From the human T2T-CHM13v2.0 reference genome, Homo sapiens, in assembly GCF_009914755.1 (NCBI RefSeq), contig NC_060926.1: DNA of 64,000 bases; one strand, written 5' to 3'. Under the pieces are notes generated by a model. That model ran no database searches, was not told where the DNA came from, and saw only the letters and a list, made by a program, of their open reading frames with translations. Positions 28,796 to 47,974 of this stretch are shown here, one piece after another (within the stretch, counting starts at the first letter, position 1; each line of letters begins with the position of its first letter). The translations under genes were made by a program, and so were the position numbers.

Positions 28796-29105
28796 AGCCA
28801 AGCACAGTGGCTCACACCTGTAATTCCAGCACTTTGGGAAGCCAAGGTGGGCAGATTGCTTGAGCTCAGGAATTCAAGACCAGCCTGGACAACAAAGTGA
28901 GACCCTGTCTCTACAAAATATGGAAAAAAATTAACCAGGTGTGGTGGTGTGTGCCTGCAGTCCCAGCTACTAGGGAGTCTGAAGTGGATACCTTGAGCCA
29001 GAGAGGCAGAGTTTGTAGTAAGCTGAGGTTGCACCACTGCACTCCAGCCTGGTTGACAGAGCCAGAGCCTGTCTAAAAAAAAAAAAAAAGGAAAAGAAAA
29101 AAAAA
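28796..29105 (+). mobile_element. Alu (AluJ-like)
   Basis: Diverged dimer with A-rich tail. Confidence 0.92.
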
Positions 29106-29179
29106 GGGGGAGATAATATCCAACATCATGAAAGCTATATGACATTAAACATTGTGTGACACACTGCCTACAGAACCCA

Positions 29180-29375
29180 TCTCTGCAATGTACTGTAACA
29201 GTTAACTTTCTCCATAGCACTGATAATCTGAAATTACCATGTCTGTTTGTTTACTTGTTTACTGTCAGATTCCCCCCTGGAACATATGCTCTTTGAAGGC
29301 AGGAACCTTGTCTGTCAAGCACTTTCATATCCCTGACATAAAGCAGGTGCTCAGTGAGTATTTGCTAAATTCATT
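29180..29375 (-). mobile_element. L2 3' end fragment
   Basis: ctctttgaaggcaggaaccttgtctg...gcaggtgctcagtgagtatttgct. Confidence 0.6.
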
Positions 29376-29499
29376 AACATCCTCAATGCATCCCAGACTC
29401 CTGCCTAGAATCCACCCTCCAGCAAAAGTGGAGTACAAGTGGTATAAATACTTAAAATCTCAAAACACTTATTCACTCACTCACAAATTAGAGACGCCA

Positions 29500-29725
29500 T
29501 ATAATGTATTAAGAGGACAGACTCCAAAGCAGGAATGACTAAGGTCAAATCCTGGCTCCATCATTTGCTAGTTACTTGGATTTCAGGCAAGTTATTTAAC
29601 TTCTCAGAACCTCAGTTTCCTCACATGTAAACTGGGGATAATAATAGTGTCTCAAAGGACTTCTGTGGGAATTAAGAGCTAAAAATTATAAATTACTGAG
29701 AAAAGTAACTTGCATATAGTAAAAA
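29500..29725 (+). mobile_element. MIR fragment
   Basis: caaatcctggctcc...ggcaagttatttaacttctc...cctcagtttcctcacatgtaaactggggataataata. Confidence 0.75.
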
Positions 29726-29731
29726 TTATGT

Positions 29732-30032
<301 letters not shown>

Positions 30033-30265
30033 TCAGCTCTTAACAATATTATCAGTATTATTTTTACCATTTCTTACCCCAAACCGGGAAGCAAGAAGGA
30101 GCTCTAGAGCTAAAGCTGCTCTCTATTCACACAAAACATTAAATTTTGCAATTCATAATCCCTCCTACAAATCCTTCTCTTGTTGCCCACCCTTCAGTAT
30201 ATACTCCTTCAAGAATGTCCTTGATGTACTAGCAAAGAATAAACAGAAAATAAAAAATCAAAACA

Positions 30266-31411
<1,146 letters not shown>

Positions 31412-32871
31412 TTCCACAATACTCCTACTATTAGTTTTATTTTGCAGAACATTCTATATGCAACTAAATTTGAGGTTTAACTAAAACCAGACATAGTGAC
31501 AGACAATTGAAAGCACAGTAAAAGTAAAAGCCATATACAAGGACCACAATTTAGCCCACGTTTAGACCTAAAGCCCTACAAGTAAAATGTCACAAGAGCA
31601 AATGCCACCATATAACATCAAAACAGCCATATGAAGACCACTTTCACGTCTGTAGGCCCAGCTTATAGAAAGTTTTGCTCATCTGGTTAAAACAAATTCT
31701 ATAAACAAAATTTTTAAATCTTGCACAAAAGCTTTCCTAGCTAGATCTCTATTGAGAAAACATTTACTATATGCACCATTTCCTCCTGCATATCCAAAGA
31801 ACTTAATTAATTGTTGACTGTGCTATATAAATCACAGAAAGAAGTGAGGTGAATGGCTGCTTATACCTCCTTTGCTCCTACCATGGCAACATCTTCATTA
31901 TTTCATTTGAGTTTCACAATCTTATGAATTAGAAAAGATAACTTATTGATGAGGCAACAGAGAAAACTTACTGTGCATACCCTTCTGTCTTTGGACTCCT
32001 GTCCCTCAGTTTCTGCAGCAGCAATACTACTCTCTTGACTCTTCTCACCCCTAACTACCTCAGACTTACCAACAGAGTCACCACAATCAACTAAAAGCCA
32101 CGGATACACTCAACCAAACAAAAACTGAAGAAAAGTTTCAAATGCTTAGGGAACAAATTTTTGAGTACCAACTAGGTGCAAATTTCACATCAGGTACTAG
32201 CAAAATTACAGGAGGTGGCATAAATTAATATGGTAAGTCTTCTATGTCAGAGGTTCAATTCCTCCATCTCTTATCTACAAGATGAGAGTCTCACAGGAAA
32301 TGGAAGGAGAGATATTATATATCCATACAAAATAATATCTGGGAGGCATTTATTTCCAAAAAATTAGACTTGTCAACACTAAAGAGAATCCTCTCCTAAA
32401 ACACCACATTTGTATGTTTAGAAAACATCAATGTAAGCTGTCAGCTTTCAAACAAATCCTTATTTGAAATATAAGTCTGTTACACTTGCATATTCCCCCT
32501 TGTTTCATTTTGTGAATTGTGCTAAAGTACTTGTCCGGGCCCCCCTCCACCTGCTTTTTCACAAACTTCAGCAGTGCCAAAATCAAAAGACCTGGTCTTT
32601 TACCCATGTACTAAAGGAAGTAGAAAATAACCTGAACACCTCTTTCCATATGAACTGTCCCAATCTCACACCACTAAAGTGCAACCACTGTCCACTAAGT
32701 CTGAAGCACTCACTCCCCCTGGGCAGCTTTCACAAAAATAAACATGCCCAGAGCCTACCTCCCAGATTACAATGCAGGCCTCAAATGTGGCCCATTCCTT
32801 AAGACTGAGTTGATTTAGCATCTGAGTGAAAATATTTTAACATTCTGATGTACAAATACAAAACCTGTTAT

Positions 32872-33220
32872 TTATTTATTCATTCAACTAATACTTATTG
32901 AGTATCTACAATGTGCCAGGCAAGGTTCTAGGCACTGGAGATATGGCAATGAACAAGACTCAAGTCTGTGCCCCGTGATAGCACTTGTATTCCACTGAGG
33001 AGACAAAAATAAGTCATGCAAGTAATACCATTTTAGGTGCAAATAAATGAAGAGGAAGGTGGATAAGGGGTTAGAGAGCGACTGGAGGGCAAAGTACACC
33101 TGTTTTAGATAGGTGAAGTCAGGGAAGGTCTCCGTAAAAAGGTAACATTTGAGCAGAGATCTGAATGATGAAGACCTGAGGAAGCAGAAGGAACTGCAAA
33201 TTTAAGGCCCTGAGGTGTTA
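32872..33220 (+). mobile_element. L2 fragment (3'-end motif read on +)
   Basis: attcattcaac...ttattgagtatctacaatgtgccaggca..gttctaggcactggagata...acatttgagcagagatctgaatga. Confidence 0.75.
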
Positions 33221-34052
33221 TCTCTAATCCATGTTTGGCAAGGGATTACTATACATAAAACAGGCTTCCTAACGCCAAAGAACTTAATATAGAATTAAGA
33301 CCTAACAACACAAGACAAAATCCAGGTGTCAAAATAAATGTTTCTAGCAATAATGCTATGAATTATATATCTCTCTATATAAAATACTACTACTATGGAC
33401 TGGCTTAGACAGGGAAGGAGGCAAAACCTAACTATATCTGGATCTTAATGAATGAATATACTTCCAGTTCACAGAAGTGAGGAGGGAAGGAGTTTTTCCT
33501 CAGAGGCAAAAGAACAAACAGAAACACAGAACTGTAAAAGTAAAAAGACAAATCTAGAATATCAGGGTAATCTTGTTGAGCAAAATTTAAGAACATGAGG
33601 TTGAAAATGTAGGTCAGAATTAGGACTAGAATGTCTTTCTCCATTTTCATTTGGAAAATGCCTATTTATCTAAGACCAAGCTAAACATTTCGATTCCTTT
33701 ATGAAGTATTCACTCCCACTCCCAAAGGCAATTGTTTCCTCTTCTGTGTTGGCACTCACCCTCCTCTGTTGATGTCTAAGGCTTAGAGATTACTTTTTCA
33801 TCACAAAATCCACATTCTCCATCAACTGCTATCTCTTTTCAAACATAGTTCCTAACCCACAAGCAGCATCCAAAATATATCTGTTCAATCAACTAAAGAA
33901 AAATAAAATGGGATATAAGGTCTGTAAACTAGAAAACTCAACATAGTAAAGATGTCAATTCTCCCCGAACTGATCTACAGGTTTAATGTAATTCCTATCA
34001 AAATCCCAGCAAGGTATTTTGTGGATAAATGACTTATTTTAACATTTATATA

Positions 34053-34427
<375 letters not shown>

Positions 34428-35579
34428 CTACCTGATATCAAGGCTTACCACATAGGTACAGTATTTGATATAGTGTGGTACTGGTGAAGGAACAGACACA
34501 AACATCAATGGAAGAGAACAGAGAACCCAGAAACAGATCCACCAAAATATGCCTAACTGACTGTGTTGCAACAACTGGAAATCCACAAATAAAAAAAAAA
34601 AATTGTAAAACCTCAAAATGAAACATTAACTTCAATGTAAAACATAAAACTATAAAATCTAAAAATATAGAAGAAAACATTTGGGATCTAGCACCAAAGT
34701 GACAAGTTCTTAGACTTGCAAGCACAATCCATAAAAGGAAAGATCAACATATCAGATCTCATCAAAATTAAAAACGTTCTGCAAAAGACCATTTCAAGAG
34801 GATGAAAAACTACAGACTGGGAGAAAATACCTGCAAACCACTTTTATGACAAAGCAGTAGTCTCTAGAATATATAATGAAATATCAAAACTAAACAGTAA
34901 AAAATACTAAATCCAATTAGAAAATGAGGAAAAAAATATGAACAAATGTTTCACCAATGATGATGTAAAGATAAGAAATAAACACATGAAAGAATGTTCA
35001 ACATTATTAGCCACGAGGCAAATGCAAATTAAAATCACAAAGAGATACAACACCATCTATTAAAATGGATAAAATGAAAACCACTGAATGCTGGCAAGGA
35101 TGCAAAGAAAGTTGATCCCTCATACAAGGCTAGTGGGAGTATAAAATACTACAACCACTTTGGGTAACAGTTTGGCAGTTTCTTACAAAAACTAAAGATG
35201 TAACTATTACGGGAACCAACAACTGTACTCTTCTTATACTCATACAAAAACTCATACACAAATGTTCATAGCCTACCAAGAAATAACTGTGATGTCCCTA
35301 ACAGATGAAAGGTTAACAAACTGGTACATCCACACTATGAAATATAACTGAACAATAAAAAGGCAACAATTTTGATGACCTGACAGATAATTTATGCTCA
35401 GTGAAAAAAGCCAGCCCCAAAAGGTTATATGCTGTATGTTTTATTTATATAACATTCTTGAAATGACAAAATTATAAAAATGGAGACCAGATTAGTGGTT
35501 GCCAGGAGTTAAGGAAAGGCGGAGAACAGAAGTGGGTGTGACTATGAAAGAGTAACATGAAAGATCTTTGTAGTGTGGA

Positions 35580-36001
<422 letters not shown>

Positions 36002-36076
36002 TCACTATGTGCTATGTCTTACAACTGCATGTGAATCTACAATTATCTAAAAAAAAATTAATTTAAAAAATGGATA

Positions 36077-36389
36077 GGCCAGCCATGGTGGCCCATACAT
36101 GTAATCTCCACACTTTGGGAGGCTGAGGCAGAAGAATCGCTTGAGCCTAGGAGTTTCAGATCAGCCTGGGAAACACAGCAAGACCTTGTCTCTACAAAAA
36201 ATTAAAAAATCAGCTGGACATGGTGGTACACACTTGAGGTCCTAGCTACTTGGGAGCCTGAGGAGAGAGGATGGCTTGAACCTGGGATGTTGAAGCTGCA
36301 GTGAGCCGTGATAGTGCCACTGCACTACAGCCTGGGTGACAGAGGGAGACCCTATCTCAAAACAAAGAAACAAACAAAACAAACAAAAA
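36077..36389 (+). mobile_element. Alu (AluJ-like)
   Basis: Diverged dimer with (AAAC)n tail. Confidence 0.92.
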
Positions 36390-36668
36390 GGATAGAAGGC
36401 AAAGAAGTCAATCTTAACAAGCAAAAAACATTTTTGGGGCCAGGTGAAGGGAAGAATAGGTTGACAGGTGAACTATTAGAGGGTCTTCCCTCCAAGTTCA
36501 AGTTCAATGTTAACTGGGTTGGAAGGTATAGGGACTACGAAATCATGAGAGGCTCAAATGGCTGAACTGGGAGCTTTAAAGGAATCAAGAACACTTGGAT
36601 TATTACAGTTTGTGGGGAGCATGGTTAAGAATCAACAAGAAGGGACACCACAGCTTCTTTTACAGTGA

Positions 36669-37027
<359 letters not shown>

Positions 37028-39148
37028 TGAAAACTTTCTTTCACAATAGCAATGAGCAAAACTGACAAAGTCTGCACCTTTGGTGCTTACATGCTAATGG
37101 AGAAGAAAGATGATACCAAAATATATATATAGGCATTTTACAAAATAGCTGACCAGTACTCCTCAAGACTGTGAAATAAAGCTTATTTTTTTAAATCAAA
37201 AACAAAATAGCACCTCCTACTTGTCTTATTACATCTAAAGAGTTATTTTTACTTGCTAATTGTTAATGCTGTTTTATCTATAAAGTGGTAAAGTATTCAC
37301 TAAAACTTAATTTTTCTAAAAATAAAGTTATTTTACAGCACCACAGTTTGGATATCTCGGTGAAATTCAGCATAATGGAACTTTATTTGTACAGTTATAA
37401 TGAAATCTTAATAACAAGAGCAAAAATATTATCATCTCTATCCTGCAGAAAAGGATAGAGATAATAACAGATCTAAACAGAAAATGTTTTACAGTCACAC
37501 AAAAATTAGTGATAAAAGCAGATTTAGAATTCCAGATTCTCAATCAAAAAGTGATTACTGCAATATTCATTTTTCTTCCCTCACACAAAGAATCTCTTTT
37601 TCTTCCTCCTATGTGAATAAGGGTGCTCTCTTGAACTGGAGACTTCCATGACTGGCTAATGTAAGAAGCAATGCCTGTTTTCATTAACGTTTTAATTTTT
37701 CATAGAGCATCTCAGGAAGTCCACAGAGCTTGAATTTGTCAGGATACCTTCCTACACAGAAAAGTTACAAGCTTTCTGCATGTGAACTTCCCAATGCTGC
37801 ACCAGCATTTATTTTGAGATGACATTCTTGGACTAAATTCATCATCAATGATGCCTAATAAAACACTTAATTACAAGCAACACACTCTTCTCTTACTAAA
37901 CCAGATAAATGTACCAGTTAATTAATACTTAACTCCAATTCAACAAATATGTCCTGAATGATTGTGTCCAGTCACTGTAGAGGCACTAAGGATATAGTGA
38001 TGAAAATGTAGCTCCAGCTCTTGTCCAGTAAACAGACAACTATGGAAAGGTCTGAAGAATTCTAAGATGCAGATTCATTCAGGGAGCCATAGCTCCAGAA
38101 GAGCACAAGAAGTCACCTAAATCAGTATGAAGACAGTCAAACTATCAAGGGAAAGCGAGGCATGGAGACCTGAAAGATAGCAGGTATCAGCCAGCTGAGA
38201 AGGGGACAGGGGAATATGTAACAGACTGACACAAATATTTACAGCCATTCACTTCAAAAAATACAATGAAATGATAAGAAGAAGAATCCCCAAGAAAATA
38301 GAGAAAAATTTAGGCAGAAAACCTGGTAACTAACAGGCAAGTGCTAACTGACTTTACAGTTCAGCGAAAGATAAAACTGAAGCTGGCCATATGGAAGCTT
38401 GGAAAGAAGCTGCTTGTTACCAGTAAAACAAAGAGAAAGTCATGAAATAAACACACAGGCACCTTCAAAAGTGGATGTGTGGATAAATTCATCCTTGAAA
38501 CTGTGCAACAGGCAAAGAAGCATTTGCACATTTCTTTCCTTTCACCAAGAATAAAGACTACACTACCCCTTCCAGATACCGGACTCAATGACAATAGGCA
38601 CAGCTGGTGGGGAGGAGGTAGGAATGAGAAAATGAATAGAGAGACTAAGTGAAATTTTACTTCCTAAACTGTGAGAATTCAGGTCCTTTCCTTCCCTGCT
38701 TGGCGACCCAAATGCTGGCAGTTTACACTCTTCTACAGACAAGAGAGTAAAAGATTCTTCTCTAGGAAATCTGACACTGACACACACCCACACACCACCC
38801 CACCCTAAAGGACCTATGGACAATGACATCTAGAGATTTACCAATGAAATGGACCTACAGTGAAGCTCACAGTTTACAAGTCCTACTACCCATGTGTGGT
38901 AATTTCCCGTTTTTCATTTTAAACCTCACGTGACTTTTTGAAACTATGTACTTTGATAAAAGTTAAAGACAATGGCAGGTAAAAGCAACATGGAAAGGAA
39001 AAAGAAGTATCTAAGCAGATGATTTATTTCTTCTCATCTTACAATCATTTGTCTATAATAAATGAGTAAAAATAGAATTTTAAAACAAATCATTCTCAAT
39101 CCTAATAAAAATACATGCCAAAATAGGGTTAAGTAAAAAGTACTCAAC

Positions 39149-39275
39149 CTGTGTATCCATTAACATAGATGGCAACTCCACTAAAAATTGTAGATGAAGT
39201 CCCATCCTTCTGCATAGCAGCATCTGATCGAAACTGTTCCTCCAATTTCTGGACCTTGGCAGCCATATACCCACC
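39149..39275 (-). CDS. REV1: REV1 exon 3 (127 nt), N-terminal helix and start of BRCT
   Basis: tctag|GGTGGG...ACAG|gttgag. Encodes GGYMAAKVQKLEEQFRSDAAMQKDGTSSTIFSGVAIYVNGYT. Confidence 0.97.
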
Positions 39276-39412
39276 CTAGAATTAAAGAAAAGGTAAACCA
39301 ATCACAAAGGTTACATTTTCTCCCCCCTTTTTTGAAAAAAAAAAATTTTAAAAACTAAATAAATAAATGGACCTTATTCTGTGCTAGTGACCAGAACATA
39401 ATGATGACCTCA

Positions 39413-39805
<393 letters not shown>

Positions 39806-39890
39806 CTATCAACTCAAGTTTTAATTTTATTACATTCTTATGATTATAAAAGTTACTTTTAAAAAAAGCTAAGTCAATAATAATAATACT

Positions 39891-40177
39891 GGCTGGGCAC
39901 AGTGGCTCACACCTGTGATCCCAGCATTTTGGGAGGCTGAGGTGGGCAGATCACCTGAGGTCAGGAGTTCGAGATCAGCCTGACCAACATGGTGAAACCT
40001 CGTCTCTACTAAAAATACAAAATCAGCTGGGTGTGGTGGTGCATGCCTGTAATCCCAGTTACTCAGGAGGCTGAGGCAGGAGAATCGCTTGAACCCAGAA
40101 GGTGGAGGTTGCAAACGAGCTGAGATCGTGCTATTGCACCCCAGCCTGGACAACAAGAGCAAAACTGCATATCAAAA
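39891..40177 (+). mobile_element. Alu (AluS-like), intron 2
   Basis: Full dimer. Confidence 0.95.
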
Positions 40178-40260
40178 CATAGTAATAATATCACAAAATA
40201 TTGTTCTTATGTACACAATTGAGCAAGCTACACCAAAGTTTAAACCAATTACAAATTTGA

Positions 40261-40576
<316 letters not shown>

Positions 40577-41574
40577 TCAGAGCATATTTTAGACTGGCTT
40601 CCACTATCTCCCACATACAGAGGGCTTAAAATGAATTATTTCAGGTAAAAATGAGGCAACTGGATAAACCAGTGTAGTCCTCCCTACACATGGGAAAGAA
40701 TACAATGAATGCTCCAGTGGCTAAATTCTGGATCTAATCAATCTATTTGATAGTAATATTAACTTTCATTAGATAACATTCACCTCACAATAAATATTAA
40801 AAAATAATTTTTTTTGCTAAACATCTTGACAGATCTAGGGATTCAACTATACTTTTCCTGAACTTTGATATAATTAAGCTTGATTTCAATTATTAGGTCT
40901 TTAAATTAAAGGTGTAGGTGGCTAGAAGTACATGATGTTTTTTTCCCAAAATGGAAATGACTGCATTATTTTTGCTGATTATTAAAATATTATATGCTCA
41001 CTATGAAGTTTCTTTTCAGAAAATACAGGAAATATGGGGAAGAAAATTAAAACTGGTATAATCCTATTCATTAAAACTTTGGGGTGTTGTTTTCAAAGCT
41101 TATTTCCATAACTCAGAGCACAGAGGTTTTACAAACATATAATCATACAAAATATTTCTTTGTAACACATTGTTTTAGTCAAGGTTATCCTTCCAGGTTG
41201 AGATATATAAAGCTGAATAATGACTGTACAGTGCTCCACTATACACAGATAACTTATTTGACCAATCCCTTATTATTGGATATTTATGTGTTTTCCTGTT
41301 TTTCTGTATTATTAGCAATGCTGCAATAAAATCATCATATAGTAAATTATTGTGCACTAGGCATATTTATTTCCTCAGGGTAAAATTCCTGAGAGTAAAG
41401 TTTAGGGGATAAAGTTTATAAACATCATAAGGCTTTCAATACACTGTGAAAACTCAAAGATGTGGTGTCTAAAGTAATTTACAATTTAGAAAACAACTTA
41501 AACCACATTATAACAGAAGAATGAAAAATAACTAGACAGTTCGATATAATTATTTTTACTCTTTTAAAACACAC

Positions 41575-41628
41575 CCATGTTTCCCAGCCATCATTTTCAG
41601 CTCGCTTCCTCCATCCACCTCGCCTCAT
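41575..41628 (-). CDS. REV1: REV1 exon 2 coding part (aa 1-18); exon spans 41575-41638 with 10 nt of 5'UTR
   Basis: Acceptor tacag|AAGCTCCACCATG, Kozak-like CCACCATG. Encodes MRRGGWRKRAENDGWETW. Donor TGG|gtgtgt. Confidence 0.97.
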
Positions 41629-42568
41629 GGTGGAGCTTCTGTATTGGGGAGGAAAAAAAAAATGTCAATTTTATAACATAATGTATTTCTAAATGATATT
41701 TTATTTCAATATCAAGAAAATGAGAAATTAAATTCAAATGTCCAACTGATGAAAGTATACAATATTAAGTAAACTTTTTCTGAAGTTCTCCATTCTCCAG
41801 CTTTACAAGTGAAATTTGTCTATAAAACACCCTCCTACACATGTTTAAATTGTAACTCTTATATTTAAAATTCAATAGAAAAATATCTTTATGCATTCCT
41901 GAGCACCAATCCTAACATTCACTTACATAAAACACCAAATCCAACTAACATGGCCATGCTTACTTTACTTGTTACCATTATATAAGACAATCTAACAAAA
42001 CATTTCCCTTCATGAGTTGTCCTATAGTGTGGCTTTTAAACTCTGTCTTTGCTATTACATACTGGACACTTAAGAGTTCAGTCATAGCCTGATTCACATA
42101 TTCTGCCAAAGCCCTAGAAGAAGTCAATTAAAAATGATGCAGAAAAGATTATCATTGATAATAAACTATAATAGTAAATCTGTCATTCTCCTTAAGGCAA
42201 CACTTACTTAACTAACTATACTATAAAACCACCAGGATGACCAAATGATGGCTCACATTAAGTGGCAGCTGGCTCAGTGGCTAGCAAAATATATAATTCA
42301 TAAAAAGAGGCTAAATGAAACCCCTTGTAAAGTCAAAGCCTTTTAACACAAACAGCTACATTTTGGGCTATGACTACATTTATTCTTAACAAAATTAATA
42401 TGACTTCTATTAAGATAATTTTCTTCTAGTAACTATATACATGTGTATCAAATGGTTACCATATGAAGCCTTATATATTATCCACGTCAAATCAGCTCTG
42501 ATATGATCTATGAGAATTTTTTACTTAACAACACCTTAAACCATGACACTTTACCCCACACACATTAG

Positions 42569-43194
<626 letters not shown>

Positions 43195-44382
43195 AGCAGA
43201 TATTTTCTTATGAATATTTTTATTCTTAGTATACTGCAGGATTTGGTTTTTGTTTGTTGACATTTATAACAATTTGAATTTTTACTGTCACCCTTAAAAG
43301 ATGCCTAAAAGACATGCAGAAGTGTTGTCAAAAGGTTAAGTCCCAACAGAGAGACAAGATAATACAAACGTTTTAGGGGCATGTGCAAGGTGCTCCGAGA
43401 AAAGGTGGTAAACTGATTAACCCTGAGGAGAGATTTCTTTTTTAAGTCTGATGAAGGCAGGAGGAGCATGAATACCCAATGTGCTCATTATCAAGTCCCA
43501 GAAGTACCACATGCTCTGTTAAATATTTCTCCTGTTTTCAAGAGGCTCATTTTGTCCAGTCCCAACAGACTTCAGCCCTTAAAGGAAATCTGGGAGATAC
43601 ATTAACACACAGCACTGGACTACATGTAAACTGAATCCATACACCTGCTGGAACAAGTAAAGAGTTTGGGAGTTCTGGCCATTATACACTAAAAACACAT
43701 ACCCCGATAATTAAAGGCAGCTATTAAACTGTTAAATAAAGGTAAATAAAGGAGTAAAGTGTATTTTAATACATTTGGTGGCCCAATCATTTAAGAGATC
43801 CAGTTGTGTAACGTCTGTTGTATACCTACTGCACAAGGCCAATAAGAAAATTCCTTAATGATGGTTTAATGAGGCTAGAAGCATGAAACACAGTTATAAT
43901 ACAAAAACAAAAATTAAAAAAAAAAACAGCTATTAAGGGTTCTTTCCCCCAACTCCAAAGTAACAAAACTATTCCAGACAAATGTTTAAAACTTTAAAAG
44001 GAAAAGGAAAGAATGAAGGACTGAAAATTTTAGCTTCGTCATTTCCAATAACTTGACTCATGAACAACAAACTCCTATTGATCCAGAAATCAAACAATCA
44101 AAAATTACTAGCCAACATTCCAAAGAGGACAAAAATCTTCAGAGATCTGCCACCCCACCTCTCTTCCCCAAACCAGATTATTTTTCCCTCTGAGAACATT
44201 TGGCAATCCTAGAAGAGTGGCTGGGAGACTGGGCAAAGTTTCTGACAAACAGTGCTAGGAGAGAAAAAGTAGAGTCCAAGGGTCTTCCAAGGATAAAGAT
44301 TGCCGCAATTGCTATCAGAACCCTATGAGTAACAAGAAATTGGAAGTAGACAGACCAAACTTTGCAGAAACTGTATTCATTA

Positions 44383-45000
<618 letters not shown>

Positions 45001-46521
45001 CTAGAACGGAGGAGGGCATTTAATCAGGATACCACTACTTGACAGAAATATCCTTCAGAAATAACACACTCCCTCTGTTTTTATCCTGTTCCAAGCAACC
45101 TCCTGAATTACAATGTGTCCTCTTGACTAAACCTACTCACTAAGAAGTGACTGCCCTGTATTGACAAACCATCCAATTATCAAGCTAGACTTGTAAACAA
45201 AAATTGCCTTCTAGTTTTCAGAGGAACTCTTGCAGACCAGGCTCCCAATTTAATTCCACATAACTTGATGACCTTGAGGAATGTGATAACAGTTTCTGAA
45301 ACTGTGATTCACAACCTAAAATAACCTGCCAATCTCTCCTTATCCAGTAACTTTAACAGGGCAGCCAATTACTGTGTTTCAAAAAATTAGTTTAAAAAAC
45401 GGATGAAGAGTGAATACATGAATGCAAAAGTACCCTTACCCTTAACATTTAGGGTACACCTTCAATAAACATTAACTACTGTTATAGTAATCTACTCTGC
45501 CAGTCTACAGAGTGAAAATCGAGTGAGACTACACACGTGGAAACCCTTTGAAAACTATAACACAGAGAACATCATTATTTTAAGTCAGTTATCCATGGTC
45601 TACAACATAATGATAACAGTAGACTAGATACGGACTCAAATCCCAATTCTACGACTGCCTAACAATGTGATTCAGAGTGAGTCTAACAGCACTGAGCCTA
45701 ACATTTCTTCATCTATAAAACAAAGTTCGACTGCAGAATCTTTGTGGGGCCATGACTGGATGAAGGGTGGATATGGTGGGGAGAAGAAAAAAGTTGGGGG
45801 TAAAAACAGCAAGCAAGCAAGGTTCCAGTCTCTAAGCCCACCTTCAATTTTAGCAGCCATGCTTTTTTTCCCCCGTAAGTTTTAGGTTTAGGGTCTGAAC
45901 AAGATTGTTCTTGAAGAAAAAGCACGACAACTTGAAAAAGACTGATAACTAAGAGTAATGAACTAAAAACTAAGTACAAAATTTCTTGGTTCTTTTCTGT
46001 TTCCATGTGACTCTGTAAGACAGTCACATGTGGAAATCTCCCAACCCTCGAAAGGTTCACAAGCTAAAACTCACCTACCAGCTAAAACTCAAGTAATCAA
46101 ATTATAAAGACCAACTGAATTACAGGCTGTCAATACAGCCATGTCCAGTCCCCAGTGCTAACATGCAGTAACAACTAGCCAGGTGAGGTAAGGTTAAGGC
46201 AAATGGGAGAGCAGCTCTGTCTATGAGGAGCCCAGGGATCCTGAATGCCTACACAAGACTTCCTCTTTCCATTCTCTCAATAGGGATGTTCAAAACTCTA
46301 TCAAGAGTCTCATCAAGGACATGCTTATTTAAAAATATAACAAGACTACTTATGCATGCATTTTTCCTAATGTTTTATCTTTTGCTGGAACACACTACTA
46401 TCAGTTCATTCTAAACTTTATTCTGCTTTCTTTTTACTATAGTTATTGGTAGATTTTACTATCTACCCCGAGAATTATGTTTATCACCAGGAACATTCAT
46501 TTTCATGTAAAAATGATATTT

Positions 46522-46793
<272 letters not shown>

Positions 46794-47014
46794 TCATCTA
46801 TTTACAAAATAATTACTAGCATTACAAGGTTCTAAACAGTTCATCACACACTAGAAAAACTTCCACTACATATCCACAAAATGTTCAAATGTTCAGTGTT
46901 AATCTGATGGTTACATATCTGTAACTCTAAAGTCTGTTGATTAACTAATGAAATTCATTTTGAGTGGCTTTTAATCAGTCTTTATTAATACAGTCATATA
47001 TAAATGTATACATT

Positions 47015-47608
47015 TGTAAAAAGCAAAGTAGAGGTTCCTCTTCAGACTCTCCTCCCCGTGTAATTAGGAATAAATAGTAACTTCTCTTAGAAGCAAAATT
47101 TATTCAAAGACCTGTGCTAACATTCTTAAACATCTGCTAGCCGTAATAAAGAAATCAATGTACTTTATGTTCTTAGCTCCCACAATTTAGCCTAAATATT
47201 TGCCCCGGCAAGCTTATACTGGTCCAAGCAAGCGTTAGGTCATAGCCTGTTCCTCTTCCTTATTTGAAGGTGTTTTTACCTTTCTCTACATTCCACAAGT
47301 TACTTCCTCCTTCCTTTGTTCTCCTCTGCCTTTGCCTCTTTTAAAACAAGATTGGCTAAGTTGCTAGCCAATCAGAACAAATACAGAATGTGAGGTCCTG
47401 TTCCAGCCAATGGAAACCGGGCATAGCAGCAGGGTGGACGCATCAGGTTATAAATGACCCGGTCTCCTTTGTTCGGTGTACTCTCATGGCAAAACTGCTG
47501 GCGAGTGTACCCTTTCTGCAGAAAGTATAAAAATGGCCTTGCTGAGGAAATTAAATTTATGTTCAAGTGCTACTTCTTTACAGCACCAGGGAACAAGCAT
47601 TCCAAAGA
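47015..47608 (+). mobile_element. Solo ERV1 LTR, LTR10 family (LTR10C-like)
   Basis: Starts TGTAAAAAG. CCAAT at 47368 and 47407, TATAAA at 47449. Near-identical to the reverse complement of 51685-52201. Confidence 0.85.
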
Positions 47609-47974
47609 GGTTTATCCTATCTTTATGTAATAGTTATCTAAGAAATATTTACTGAATGTAGTTACAAATTGACATGCAAAGAATATGCAATGAATGAATG
47701 TGCACATTATAGTAGCATAACATAATTCATGAATATGACACAAATGCAAAGAAAGCAGCCTGTGGCCACCCCTTATCTAGGCAAGGTTGAAACACAATTT
47801 GCCTTTGGTGCCCTGCCATATCTCTACTCAACACCTCTCTGTTTTCAGTGCCTCTTTATCTTACTTAGCTGTCAATTCTCTGCTAAGGCATTTATTGACA
47901 ACTAAGGAACTGGTTAATAAAGGGCTTAAGGTATGATCCAACCCAGGGTCATCTGTGTTTAAAAGAACCTCTTC

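Noticed and set aside
45430-46092. Small hairpin gtaccct...agggtac (45431-45457) and 18-nt-period repeat agctaaaactca (46062-46091)
   Set aside because: Short and isolated; compatible with chance or local slippage, with no array structure.
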